The notes below the pieces were generated by a model. It had not been told where the DNA came from and did no database searches. It saw only the letters and a list, made by a program, of their open reading frames with translations. Source: a virus. From it: a DNA stretch of 64,000 bases. Position numbers and translations under genes: made by a program. Positions within the stretch are counted from its first letter, which is position 1; each line of letters begins with the position of its first letter. This document shows positions 1 through 7,616 of the stretch, in pieces. The stretch is from positions 1 to 64,000 of the IMG/VR virus record IMGVR_UViG_3300028558_000022. One strand, given 5' to 3'.

Positions 1-239
1 ATGATTAGTTTCCCGCGCTCCTCCGCCTTTCGCGCTACGCGGTCAAACTCAGTTTTGTACCACGCTACCTCAATCTCAGTCTGGGTACCGTACTCCCTCG
101 TGTATTCAAAGGAATCGATCACTGTCAGATGAGGGTTAACAACTTCTCCAATGAGATAGGCTTGAATTTCCAGCTTAGATTCGCGGGCCAGCCTCTTGAA
201 GTAATCCAATTGGCTCTTTTTGAGCCTTACCTTGTGCAT
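1..239 (-). CDS. JAB/MPN (Mov34)-like protein, N-terminal part (runs off the window edge)
   Basis: Manual translation from ATG at 239: MHKVRLKKSQLDYFKRLARESKLEIQAYLIGEVV...ARKAEERGKLII. The E-x3-L-x-G strand and the helix leading toward the expected G-x2-HSH motif are typical of JAB domains. The HxH motif itself is outside the window. Confidence 0.55.
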   Translation of the reverse strand, partial: MHKVRLKKSQLDYFKRLARESKLEIQAYLIGEVVNPHLTVIDSFEYTREYGTQTEIEVAWYKTEFDRVARKAEERGKLI

Positions 240-349
240 AGTCCGGCCCGCCTAATATCTACCCGGCTTTACGGGTAGGACCGCGCGATTAAGCGTCAAA
301 GTGTCCCTCGAAAGAGATGGATCGACGACGGCGGCCTTCGTTGAAAAGT

Positions 350-423
350 GCAAGTGGGTTGGATTCGAACCAACGACGCCCGACTCCTAATGTCGGTGCT
401 CTGCCGGGCTGAGCTACCACCTA
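350..423 (-). tRNA. tRNA-like gene, anticodon TAG (nominally Leu) with a short variable arm; atypical
   Basis: Cloverleaf TAGGTGG TA GCTC..GAGC A CCGAC ATTAGGA GTCGG GCGTC GTTGG TTCGAAT CCAAC CCACTTG C. No encoded CCA. Confidence 0.7.
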
Positions 424-434
424 CGTGTTGAAAA

Positions 435-509
435 TGGCTCCCCCGATAGGACTCGGACCTATAACCGCTCGGTTAACAGCCGAGTGCTCTGCCGTTGAGC
501 TACAGAGGA
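435..509 (-). tRNA. tRNA-Asn(GTT)
   Basis: Cloverleaf TCCTCTG..CTCGG CTGTTAA CCGAG..ATAGG TCCGAGT CCTAT CGGGGGA G CCA. CCA is encoded; the T-loop reads TCC instead of TTC. Confidence 0.92.
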
Positions 510-513
510 GTGA

Positions 514-810
514 TTAAATCTTGTGCGAGGCGCCTTTGTTGTACTTCTCGACTCGTGCCAGCAAACGCAGGAAAGCATCGCGCAGTTCATTGAACTCAGC
601 GCGGTTCACGTCGAACGTGTTCTCTTCGTCCAACGGATCGGCGTCAGGGTCGAGCATATCGAGTACGGGAACGCTTCCCTGTTCGACTGCGGCGTCAAGA
701 TCGGCGGCGGACGGTTGCCCGGCTGCCTCATCGCGATCCGTACCGGCGAGATTCGCATTTGTGTTCCCAGCGGTTAAAGCCGGGTTCTGATTTTCATTGA
801 CTTCGCTCAT
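514..810 (-). CDS. acidic hypothetical protein
   Basis: ORF track. GGAGG RBS supports a start at ATG 810 (MSEVNENQ). Confidence 0.7.
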   Translation of the reverse strand: MSEVNENQNPALTAGNTNANLAGTDRDEAAGQPSAADLDAAVEQGSVPVLDMLDPDADPLDEENTFDVNRAEFNELRDAFLRLLARVEKYNKGASHKI

Positions 811-955
811 TTTCCTCCAGACGTACAAAAGCGCCACTGGTAAATTCACAGTGGCGCCATTCTTCGGAGCGGGTACGGCGCTCGCGCGTCGTAGGAGGAG
901 GCCCGCCCCGGATTTTCAATGACTTAAATGCCTTCCCCCATCTTGTAAATCCATT

Positions 956-1004
956 ATAATATACGTGTCAATAGCATTTAGGGCCATTTTATCACGTATA
1001 TTAT
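956..1004. repeat. perfect 12-bp inverted repeat in an AT-rich intergenic tract
   Basis: ATAATATACGTG (956-967) and CACGTATATTAT (993-1004) with a 25-nt spacer; overlaps a minus-strand TTGACA. Confidence 0.8.
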
Positions 1005-1517
1005 TGCATTTATTGGAGTTAAAAAAACTTTTGCTATTTTCGTTTTTCTTCAAGGCACACGAGGGCTTTCCTCCCGTCGAACTAACCCTTACCCCATTAG
1101 GGGATAACTGGTATCAAGGTAGTGTAGGTATACCCTTGATAGTTAAGGCTTTAAGGGTATAAACCCTATAGCTTAACCTAGTATTGACGTTGCCTATTGG
1201 CTGGCAGTAGCAGGAGTGCCCGTCTGAGTGGGTAATGACTTCCCCACGCGCTTTTTCACTCCCCGTTGGATGGGTGTTTTTGTTGTTCGACTTTGATTGA
1301 CCGGGACGTTTCGCCCTCGAAGTAATCTCCATTGCTGGAGCTGGGGATCGTTACCCCACCGTTGCCCGGAAAAACTGCGTTTACACCGCAGAACATCCCT
1401 TACGTTGCTTCTACCGCACTGCTGTCCACTTCAAAGGCCCCGCACTTGAAGGCACGGGGCATACCCTTCTTCGTACATCCCAACAGGTGAGGGTCGAAAT
1501 GCACAAGAATCCCCTTC

Positions 1518-1546
1518 AGCATACCAAATCATTTACGATTTGTCAA
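1518..1546 (-). promoter_or_regulatory. sigma70-type leftward promoter
   Basis: TTGACA-17 nt-TATGCT on the minus strand. Confidence 0.75.
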
Positions 1547-1552
1547 GGGGTT

Positions 1553-1569
1553 TTTGCCAATTTGTCAAA
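1553..1569. promoter_or_regulatory. 17-bp palindromic operator copy (consensus TTTGACAAWTTGTCAAA)
   Basis: TTTGCCAATTTGTCAAA, 6 nt upstream of the -35 at 1546. Confidence 0.75.
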
Positions 1570-2008
1570 CTTTTTTCTGATGTGCTTTTGATAGGTCGTC
1601 ACAGATAGTGTTCTTCTCGCGGGGAACACAGTCGAATGTGACGAATGCGCCTGTCCGCCTGATCTCTCGCAACAGTCCATCGCACATCTCGAACGTACTG
1701 TAGTACGCTTTGTCCTTTCGCGGCTTCCAATGCTTGTTCATCACTTGGATGACAAGGTTTGAATCTCCAAACACTTGTAGCGTCGTTGGCGATCCGTCCC
1801 TGTGCTTGCAGAAGCACGCCATTCCTTCGTACAGCCCGGCGAACTCCGCGCGGTTGTTAGTCATTCCTTCCCCGGTACCGATAACGCCGTGCCCGGTCTC
1901 GATTGGTTTCTCTTCTCCGTTCTTCAGAAGGACAAAGCCATAGGCCGCCGTCCCACCCGGATTCTTCGGCCCGCAAGAGCCATCAAAGTACAGTGTGTAT
2001 GTGTCCAT
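1565..2008 (-). CDS. rnhA: ribonuclease HI
   Basis: YFDGSC, NPG, TNNRAEF, GDSNLV and N..CDDLS RNase H acidic motifs. Confidence 0.93.
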   Translation of the reverse strand: MDTYTLYFDGSCGPKNPGGTAAYGFVLLKNGEEKPIETGHGVIGTGEGMTNNRAEFAGLYEGMACFCKHRDGSPTTLQVFGDSNLVIQVMNKHWKPRKDKAYYSTFEMCDGLLREIRRTGAFVTFDCVPREKNTICDDLSKAHQKKV

Positions 2009-2056
2009 TGTCAGATAATCGTATCACATTTTCTGACATCTTACAAGCGAAATCAC

Positions 2057-2085
2057 TTGACATTTATTCGCAATTCATGTACAGT
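2057..2085 (+). promoter_or_regulatory. sigma70-type promoter for the DNA polymerase
   Basis: TTGACA-17 nt-TACAGT. Confidence 0.7.
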
Positions 2086-2171
2086 AGGGGAATCTACAGA
2101 GAGGGTCAGCTGCCATGATGTTCCGCGCGGGCGACCGGAGTAGTTAGCGTCACCGTTTCAGAAACCTACAT

Positions 2172-4910
2172 TTGTCAGAACAAGCTCCTGTCAAGCTGAG
2201 CGACCTAAAGCCGCCGCTCAATGTGACTCGCATTGAGTCTCCCGATCAATTCCCCATTCTCAAAGATTACTTCGACCGCAGTAAAGGCGTCGTCGGTTGG
2301 GATATCGAAACCAACCCGATCAAGGACTACTTTTACCGCCGCGTCCGTACCGTCCAGTTCGGCAATCAAGCTGAACAGTACGTCGTTGACATCCTGTCAC
2401 TCTGCGACGGCGATCCCGATCTCCTGTTCAGCTCACAAGGTTATTACGGGGCGAACGCGCACAAGGCGCCAAAGCTCGCGGAGTTCCTGTCAACTATTCG
2501 GCCAATCCTTACGACCAAAGACTTTCTGAAAGTCGGCGTCAATCTCTCGTTCGAGTACATGAGCTTCTACTGGCTGTTCGGCCAGCGCACGTTCAATTTC
2601 TTCGATTGCTCAATGGTCGAAAAGTGCATCTGGGCCGGGGCGCACTCGATGAAGGACTACGGCTACTACTCGATGGAAGAGATGATGCAGCGGTATTTCA
2701 ACATCTCCATCGACAAAAGTCTTCAGGAGTCATTCACGCTCGATCAGCCGCTCAGCGACGATCAAGTTGCATACGCCGCACTCGATACCCGCTTTCCGAT
2801 GGCACTGATGGCGGCCCAGAAGCTCATCCTTCAGGGATGGACAGCGAAGAAGCTCATCGCGTCCGGCTCACAGGCTGCCAACATCCTGAAGAACATCGAT
2901 CCCATCGTCACCGGGGACAACCTTACCGAGATCGCACAGATTGAGAACGACGCAATCGGATCGTTCCAAGACATGCACGTTCACGGCGAGCGTGTTGACT
3001 CCCCGCGCTGGCTTGAGCGCATCGCGAAAAAGAAAGAGGAGTTCAAAGCTCTCATCAAGGATGAGCTGGACCCAATCTTCCTGCCAATTGTCGGAAGCAA
3101 GCTCAACATGCCGACTGAAGAGCAGATCGAGAAGGCGAAAGAGGCGTGGAAAGTTTACAACATCATCCTCGATGCGGAGCTGAAGCTCAAGGCAGAAGCC
3201 CGTGCCGCTACAAAGGCCGGAGATGAGATAGCCGCCGCAGAAGCGAACATTAAGCTGTCGCAACACGAACAAGCACGCAAGGCGAAGAAGGAAGAGCTGA
3301 AGGCCATCGCCTCTGAAATGGGCAAGCGCCGGACGAAGATCAAGAACCTTGCCGAGAAGTGCGAAGGCGACGCCCTTATCAACTACGGCTCAGACACTCA
3401 GCTCTTGGCTGTGCTCAGTGAGATGAAGGGCCTCAAGCACGTCAAGAACCTCGAAGACGAGACTCTCGAAAAGTACGAACACTTCCTTGTCATGAAAGCG
3501 ATCCGCAAGTATCACGGCCTCGCGAAGGAAATCGGCACGTATGGCGACCAGTGGGCAATGCAATGGGTCACCAAGCCGTGCAAGGAAGAGGGATGGCTAC
3601 ACCCCGGCGACGGTCGCCTTCACTGCGTATTCAATCAGTACGACGCCGAAACGGGCCGGTCGAGTTCCGAGAAACCAAACGGGCAGAACCTTCCGCAGGA
3701 CAAAGAGGTCCGCTCGTGCTTCATTGCTGATCCGCCGAACGAGAACATCCGTATTAGTAAGTGCTGCCATGCGGACACGATCACGGTCCCCGATATCGAC
3801 GGGCCGGACTACTACCGTTGTACCGCGTGCGATGGCAACCGCTCTTTTGCTGAGACATACGCCGAAGAGTACGTCATCATCACCGCCGATATGTCCGGCG
3901 CCGAGCTTCGCATCATCGCAGAGCTGGCACACGATCCGGTCTGGATCAGTGCCTTCGGTCGTGGCGAAGACGTTCACTCGGTAGGTACCGAACTCTTGTA
4001 CGGCGAGCGATGGGCAAAGCTCGCATACAACGGACAAGAGATCAAGGACAAAAAAACTGGCGAGATGAAGCCGTACTGGTGCGAATACTACAAGCTCCAT
4101 ACGGAAGAGACCATCAAAAAGAACCCCAAGGCCAAGCTCGGCGATCCGATGCGCCAAAAGTGCGAGTGTCCCGAGCATAAAGAGATGAGGGACGCCAACA
4201 AGTCAACGAACTTCCTGCTGGCATACGGCGGCGGTCCTTACACACTGGCAGCTCGCATCAAGAAATCCCGTGAAGAGGCTACGAAGCTCATGGCCTTGCA
4301 CGAGATCAAGTTCCCGAAGATTTGGGCCTATCTCGACGAGTCCGGGCGCCGGGCGAAGATGTTCAAGAAATCGTTCGATATGTTCGGGCGTCGTCGTCTG
4401 TTCCCTGAGCCAACATGGGACCGCGCCAAAGAAAAGGCGATGGAGGATCGAGAGGAGAAGCTCCGTCTCGAAGAGGATGAGGCGAAGCGCAACGTTGAGA
4501 CGTTCATGACGCTCAACAAGCGCAAGCCGGACAAGGACGAGCTTTGGCTCCTAACTCACAGGCTGCCGACAAAGAACGAAGTCAGCAACGCGTTCCAAGC
4601 CCTTCACGGGACCATCGAACGCCAAGGTAAGAATCACGCGATTCAAGGAACGAACGCATCCATCGCCAAGCTCGCAATGGGCGCCGGGTTCGACAAGGAC
4701 GGCAAGCCGTATCTCTGGCACACACTTCCCCAGTATCGCGCGAAGCTCGTCAAGTTCGTACATGACGAGTTGGTCGTACAGGCTCCGAAGCACTTCGCAA
4801 AGATCGTTGTTGACCTCATCGGCGACGCGTTCAAGCGAGCGGCGGCCACAAAGATGACCAAAGTAGTAATGGAGTTCGATGCCAATGTCGCAACCTACTG
4901 GAAAAAGTAA
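2172..4910 (+). CDS. polA: family A DNA polymerase with 3'-5' exonuclease
   Basis: Exo I DIET and Exo III YAALD; TGRSSS..PNGQN; motif A DMSGAELR; motif B K..NF..AYG; motif C VHDE. Confidence 0.95.
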   Translation: MSEQAPVKLSDLKPPLNVTRIESPDQFPILKDYFDRSKGVVGWDIETNPIKDYFYRRVRTVQFGNQAEQYVVDILSLCDGDPDLLFSSQGYYGANAHKAPKLAEFLSTIRPILTTKDFLKVGVNLSFEYMSFYWLFGQRTFNFFDCSMVEKCIWAGAHSMKDYGYYSMEEMMQRYFNISIDKSLQESFTLDQPLSDDQVAYAALDTRFPMALMAAQKLILQGWTAKKLIASGSQAANILKNIDPIVTGDNLTEIAQIENDAIGSFQDMHVHGERVDSPRWLERIAKKKEEFKALIKDELDPIFLPIVGSKLNMPTEEQIEKAKEAWKVYNIILDAELKLKAEARAATKAGDEIAAAEANIKLSQHEQARKAKKEELKAIASEMGKRRTKIKNLAEKCEGDALINYGSDTQLLAVLSEMKGLKHVKNLEDETLEKYEHFLVMKAIRKYHGLAKEIGTYGDQWAMQWVTKPCKEEGWLHPGDGRLHCVFNQYDAETGRSSSEKPNGQNLPQDKEVRSCFIADPPNENIRISKCCHADTITVPDIDGPDYYRCTACDGNRSFAETYAEEYVIITADMSGAELRIIAELAHDPVWISAFGRGEDVHSVGTELLYGERWAKLAYNGQEIKDKKTGEMKPYWCEYYKLHTEETIKKNPKAKLGDPMRQKCECPEHKEMRDANKSTNFLLAYGGGPYTLAARIKKSREEATKLMALHEIKFPKIWAYLDESGRRAKMFKKSFDMFGRRRLFPEPTWDRAKEKAMEDREEKLRLEEDEAKRNVETFMTLNKRKPDKDELWLLTHRLPTKNEVSNAFQALHGTIERQGKNHAIQGTNASIAKLAMGAGFDKDGKPYLWHTLPQYRAKLVKFVHDELVVQAPKHFAKIVVDLIGDAFKRAAATKMTKVVMEFDANVATYWKK

Positions 4911-5322
4911 GATCACAACGTTCACGGACCGTGAGAAGGTCTTCGCCATCGACCCGTTCGGCTACAGGCTGCACGTAGTAGTTTCAGAAAACACTCGCCA
5001 GTCTTTTGAGTTGCGCCGGGACGTTCTGAAAACTCACTTGAATCCCAAGTCGAACATGGTCGCTCTGACCTTTACGATGTCGGGATCAATGGACATCTGG
5101 GTCTTCTACCCAGAACAAGCCAATGTCGGCACGACAGCGCACGAGATCGTTCACGTCGTATCGTTCCTGATGCGCGAGATTGGCGCCGAGTTCGAGGAAG
5201 AGATTTGGGCCTACTACATCGACGGCCTGACGCAATCGGTGTCGGAGTTCATTCACGAACCGTGGGAATGGTTACGAGTCAAGAAACGGAGGAAAACGAA
5301 TGGCATACAATCTGGAAGGTGA
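4879..5322 (+). CDS. HEXXH-motif protein (zincin-like)
   Basis: AHEIVH followed by EEIWAY. Start uncertain because it overlaps the end of polA. Confidence 0.55.
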   Translation: MPMSQPTGKSKITTFTDREKVFAIDPFGYRLHVVVSENTRQSFELRRDVLKTHLNPKSNMVALTFTMSGSMDIWVFYPEQANVGTTAHEIVHVVSFLMREIGAEFEEEIWAYYIDGLTQSVSEFIHEPWEWLRVKKRRKTNGIQSGR

Positions 5323-5611
5323 GTTCTACCTCATCGTCAAACGCAGTAGGACATGGAATCAACTAGCGGCCCGCTTGACTGGGAAGTCCCCTTCCCTTGA
5401 GGTCGGAGAGGTCGCGATCAAGCTGAAGGTGTCCGTCCCTGAGACGCTCTTCACAAAGCCTCAGCTCAAGGCGACGGTCATTATCCCGGAAAGCGCAGTC
5501 AGCGCCCCGGTGATCGACGCTACTGTGATCGACAACGTTCAGGAAATCCTTAGTCAACAGACAGGGATGCAAGTGACCGTTGCGGTCGTCGAGCCAACCA
5601 AGGCCGAGTAA
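5300..5611 (+). CDS. hypothetical protein
   Basis: ORF with GGAGG RBS. Confidence 0.75.
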   Translation: MAYNLEGEFYLIVKRSRTWNQLAARLTGKSPSLEVGEVAIKLKVSVPETLFTKPQLKATVIIPESAVSAPVIDATVIDNVQEILSQQTGMQVTVAVVEPTKAE

Positions 5612-5613
5612 TG

Positions 5614-5668
5614 TTTGACAAATTGTCAAGGATTACCCCTTGACAAATCGCGAATAATTAGGTAAACT
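5614..5668 (+). promoter_or_regulatory. operator palindrome plus sigma70 promoter upstream of the RNA-gene cluster
   Basis: TTTGACAAATTGTCAAG (5614-5630), then TTGACA(5640)-17 nt-TAAACT. Confidence 0.8.
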
Positions 5669-5688
5669 GGTTTCACAGTTGAGGACGA

Positions 5689-6009
5689 ATGGCACTAAAG
5701 CGAGTAGATGAAAAGTTTGTTGTGGGCGAATGGCTCAGCTATGAAGACAAAGGTTACATTTCGGTCACTGCCACAACCCGCAAATATCTTGTCAAAAGTC
5801 GCAAGGATCAATCTGTTCTCGGATACGTCAAGTTCTTTGCCCAATGGCGGCAATATGTGTTTCACCCTCTCAACTGCATTCTTAACAAAGACTGTTTGAG
5901 AGAAATCGCTGAGTTCTGTATCGAGGTTACGACCGCGAACAGGATGAAGCGGCTACCGTTTCCGGCTTCGGAACAAAAGCCGGTGGTGGAGGCGGTCACT
6001 TCCGAGTGA
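5689..6009 (+). CDS. hypothetical phage protein
   Basis: ORF with GAGG RBS; LGYVKFFAQWRQYVF..CLREIAEF. Confidence 0.75.
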   Translation: MALKRVDEKFVVGEWLSYEDKGYISVTATTRKYLVKSRKDQSVLGYVKFFAQWRQYVFHPLNCILNKDCLREIAEFCIEVTTANRMKRLPFPASEQKPVVEAVTSE

Positions 6010-6022
6010 CGCCCTATTGTGC

Positions 6023-6096
6023 CGGGGAGTACCTCAGTTGGATAGAGGACCGGGCTATCTGCCCGGAAGTCGGTGGTTCGAGTCCACTCTGCCCGG
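6023..6096 (+). tRNA. tRNA-like gene, anticodon ATC (nominally Asp); atypical
   Basis: CGGGGAG TA CCTC..GAGG A CCGGG CTATCTG CCCGG AAGTC GGTGG TTCGAGT CCACT CTGCCCG. A34, T37, a G:G mismatch, an extended acceptor stem and no CCA. Confidence 0.65.
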
Positions 6097-6122
6097 CATC
6101 AAGTTGAGAGGAGAAAAAGTCA

Positions 6123-6377
6123 ATGAACATTCCGTTCTTTAGCAAGTTGTTTGCAAAGGTCAAGGCCAGCATTACGGCTGCCGAAGGCTCCGCGTTCGTC
6201 AAGATCGCAGAGGCCGAAGCGAAGGGTCTCGAAGCCAAGGGCCGTATTGTGGCAATCGACGCCGCGAACAAGGCCAAGACCGAGCTGGTCGCCTTCTACG
6301 AGAAGGAAGCCTCACGCGTTCACGCCGAGGCCGACAAGATCAAGGCAGACTTCGACGCGATTCTCGCGAAGCTGTAA
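6123..6377 (+). CDS. Ala/Lys-rich helical hypothetical protein
   Basis: ORF with GAGGAG RBS. Confidence 0.75.
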   Translation: MNIPFFSKLFAKVKASITAAEGSAFVKIAEAEAKGLEAKGRIVAIDAANKAKTELVAFYEKEASRVHAEADKIKADFDAILAKL

Positions 6378-6386
6378 TCGCATTAC

Positions 6387-6478
6387 GCCCCACGCGCAAC
6401 TTACCAATTACGCTGCACTGCCACTCGTGAAACGCGTGTAACGGTGGGAGGGCCGGTTTGATACCGGGGTGAGGCACC
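6387..6478 (+). ncRNA. possible tRNA-like structured RNA
   Basis: GCCCCAC/GTGAGGC-ACC terminal stem and a CCGG-TTTGATA-CCGG T-arm-like hairpin; no canonical D or anticodon arm. Confidence 0.3.
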
Positions 6479-6503
6479 TTAACATTTCTCGGAGATCACT
6501 CAA

Positions 6504-6614
6504 ATGATCGTAGTCCTTCTCGTCATGTGGTTACTGGGATACGGCGCTGCAATTGACGCCGCGTTCCATGCACACACTTTGCTCTTCATCCTTGGATTGA
6601 TCTTTCTCGGATAG
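6504..6614 (+). CDS. small membrane protein (36 aa)
   Basis: Manual translation MIVVLLVMWLLGYGAAIDAAFHAHTLLFILGLIFLG, with GGAG RBS. Confidence 0.6.
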   Translation: MIVVLLVMWLLGYGAAIDAAFHAHTLLFILGLIFLG

Positions 6615-6980
6615 AGCGCCAAGAACGCACGTAAACTCGCATTTCGGACATGGGTTCGATTCCCATCCGGTCCACCAGAGAGGGTAGTAGACTCGGGCTG
6701 GGTAATGTCACAACATTGGTCCTAGAGCAATACGACTGAGCTTGTGTACTACCTTCTCTTGTGGGCCGGTCACGGTTTCGACGGAATAAGGGCGTGCAAG
6801 TAGCCGACTACTTTAACAGCGGAAAACAACAACTGCCGAAACTCTCGTCAGTAAGCGTAGCGCAAAGGTGATCCCGTTCGTGAGCCGCAAGGTTCGCGCG
6901 TTGGTTCCACAGACCGCGATGCTGTTGGCAGCTTAGGCTGCCGGGGGTTCGTCCCGAATCCTAGCAACAGAAGTTCTCAC
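6615..6980 (+). ncRNA. ssrA: tmRNA, circularly permuted two-piece form
   Basis: The acceptor 3' half (TTTCGGAC ATGGG TTCGATT CCCAT CCGGTCC ACCA, ends 6677) precedes the 5' half (GGGCCGG TCACGGTTTCGACGG, starts 6763). G3:U70 pair; hairpin intervening segment; tag ORF 6835-6936 ends LLAA. Outer ends are approximate. Confidence 0.92.
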
Positions 6981-7016
6981 CGCGAAAGCACTGAGGACGG
7001 CGGGACTTTTTATGTT

Positions 7017-7135
7017 TCACCGAAAGCAGGGAGCACCTTGCGGGGCTTAATGGACCTGCCTGAAAGGTTGTCCTCTCCGGTGTCGTCCGCGCGGGCCGGA
7101 GATGAGTCAATAGACGGTAAAAATCCGTCCGGTGA
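7017..7135 (+). ncRNA. candidate multi-stem structured RNA
   Basis: TCACCG/CGGTGA closing stem enclosing four hairpins; non-coding; lies between the tmRNA and a tRNA-like gene. Confidence 0.4.
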
Positions 7136-7143
7136 GTAGCTCA

Positions 7144-7215
7144 AGATCGGTAGTTTAATGGCAAAACAACAGGCCCTTGCTGCCTGTGTTCCGGGTTCGA
7201 GTCCCGTCCGATCTT
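7144..7215 (+). tRNA. tRNA-like gene, anticodon TTG (nominally Gln); atypical
   Basis: AGATCGG TA GTTT..AAAC A ACAGGC CCTTGCT GCCTGT GTT CCGGG TTCGAGT CCCGT CCGATCT. C33 and C37; acceptor stem extends to 11 bp; no CCA. Confidence 0.65.
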
Positions 7216-7256
7216 GAGAATAGCTGTTCTTCCCGAAAATTTTTTCCTGAGGTCAA

Positions 7257-7616
7257 ATGAGTGTTCTTAGCTTTGAGAAACCGAAGAAGGTCCGTCCAAC
7301 GTCTGAGCACAACGATTACTACTCGTCTGATTCTGGCGTCGCCGGTACCTACGTTCCCAATATGTCCAACGCCGACCGGCGCAAGTGGAAGGCCAAGCTC
7401 ATCGCAGGTAAAGACCCTCGTGTCGAGATTCGCAAGTCGATAGGACGCTCTCAGGTTCAGATCGTGATGGTCGTCCGCCCGGACTTCTCAACGTCGATAT
7501 CTGCAAACGGTCGCATGGACTTCACTTCTCAGGATTGGATCGAATTACTGCAAGCACGTAACGAAGCGTTGAGTCATGGGCAACTTACCTTGGGAGCTGA
7601 ATGGCAGACATCATAA
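7257..7616 (+). CDS. hypothetical phage protein
   Basis: ORF with GAGG RBS; GTYVPNMS..DRRKWKAK. Confidence 0.75.
   Translation: MSVLSFEKPKKVRPTSEHNDYYSSDSGVAGTYVPNMSNADRRKWKAKLIAGKDPRVEIRKSIGRSQVQIVMVVRPDFSTSISANGRMDFTSQDWIELLQARNEALSHGQLTLGAEWQTS

Noticed and set aside
3730-4200. Inteins in the DNA polymerase
   Set aside because: The insertions are short and lack C1, block B and terminal HN-C/S/T splice motifs.
6985-7045. Hammerhead ribozyme suggested by CTGAGGA...GAAA
   Set aside because: Stem II needs an extra unpaired C, and the required U-H cleavage site after stem III is missing.
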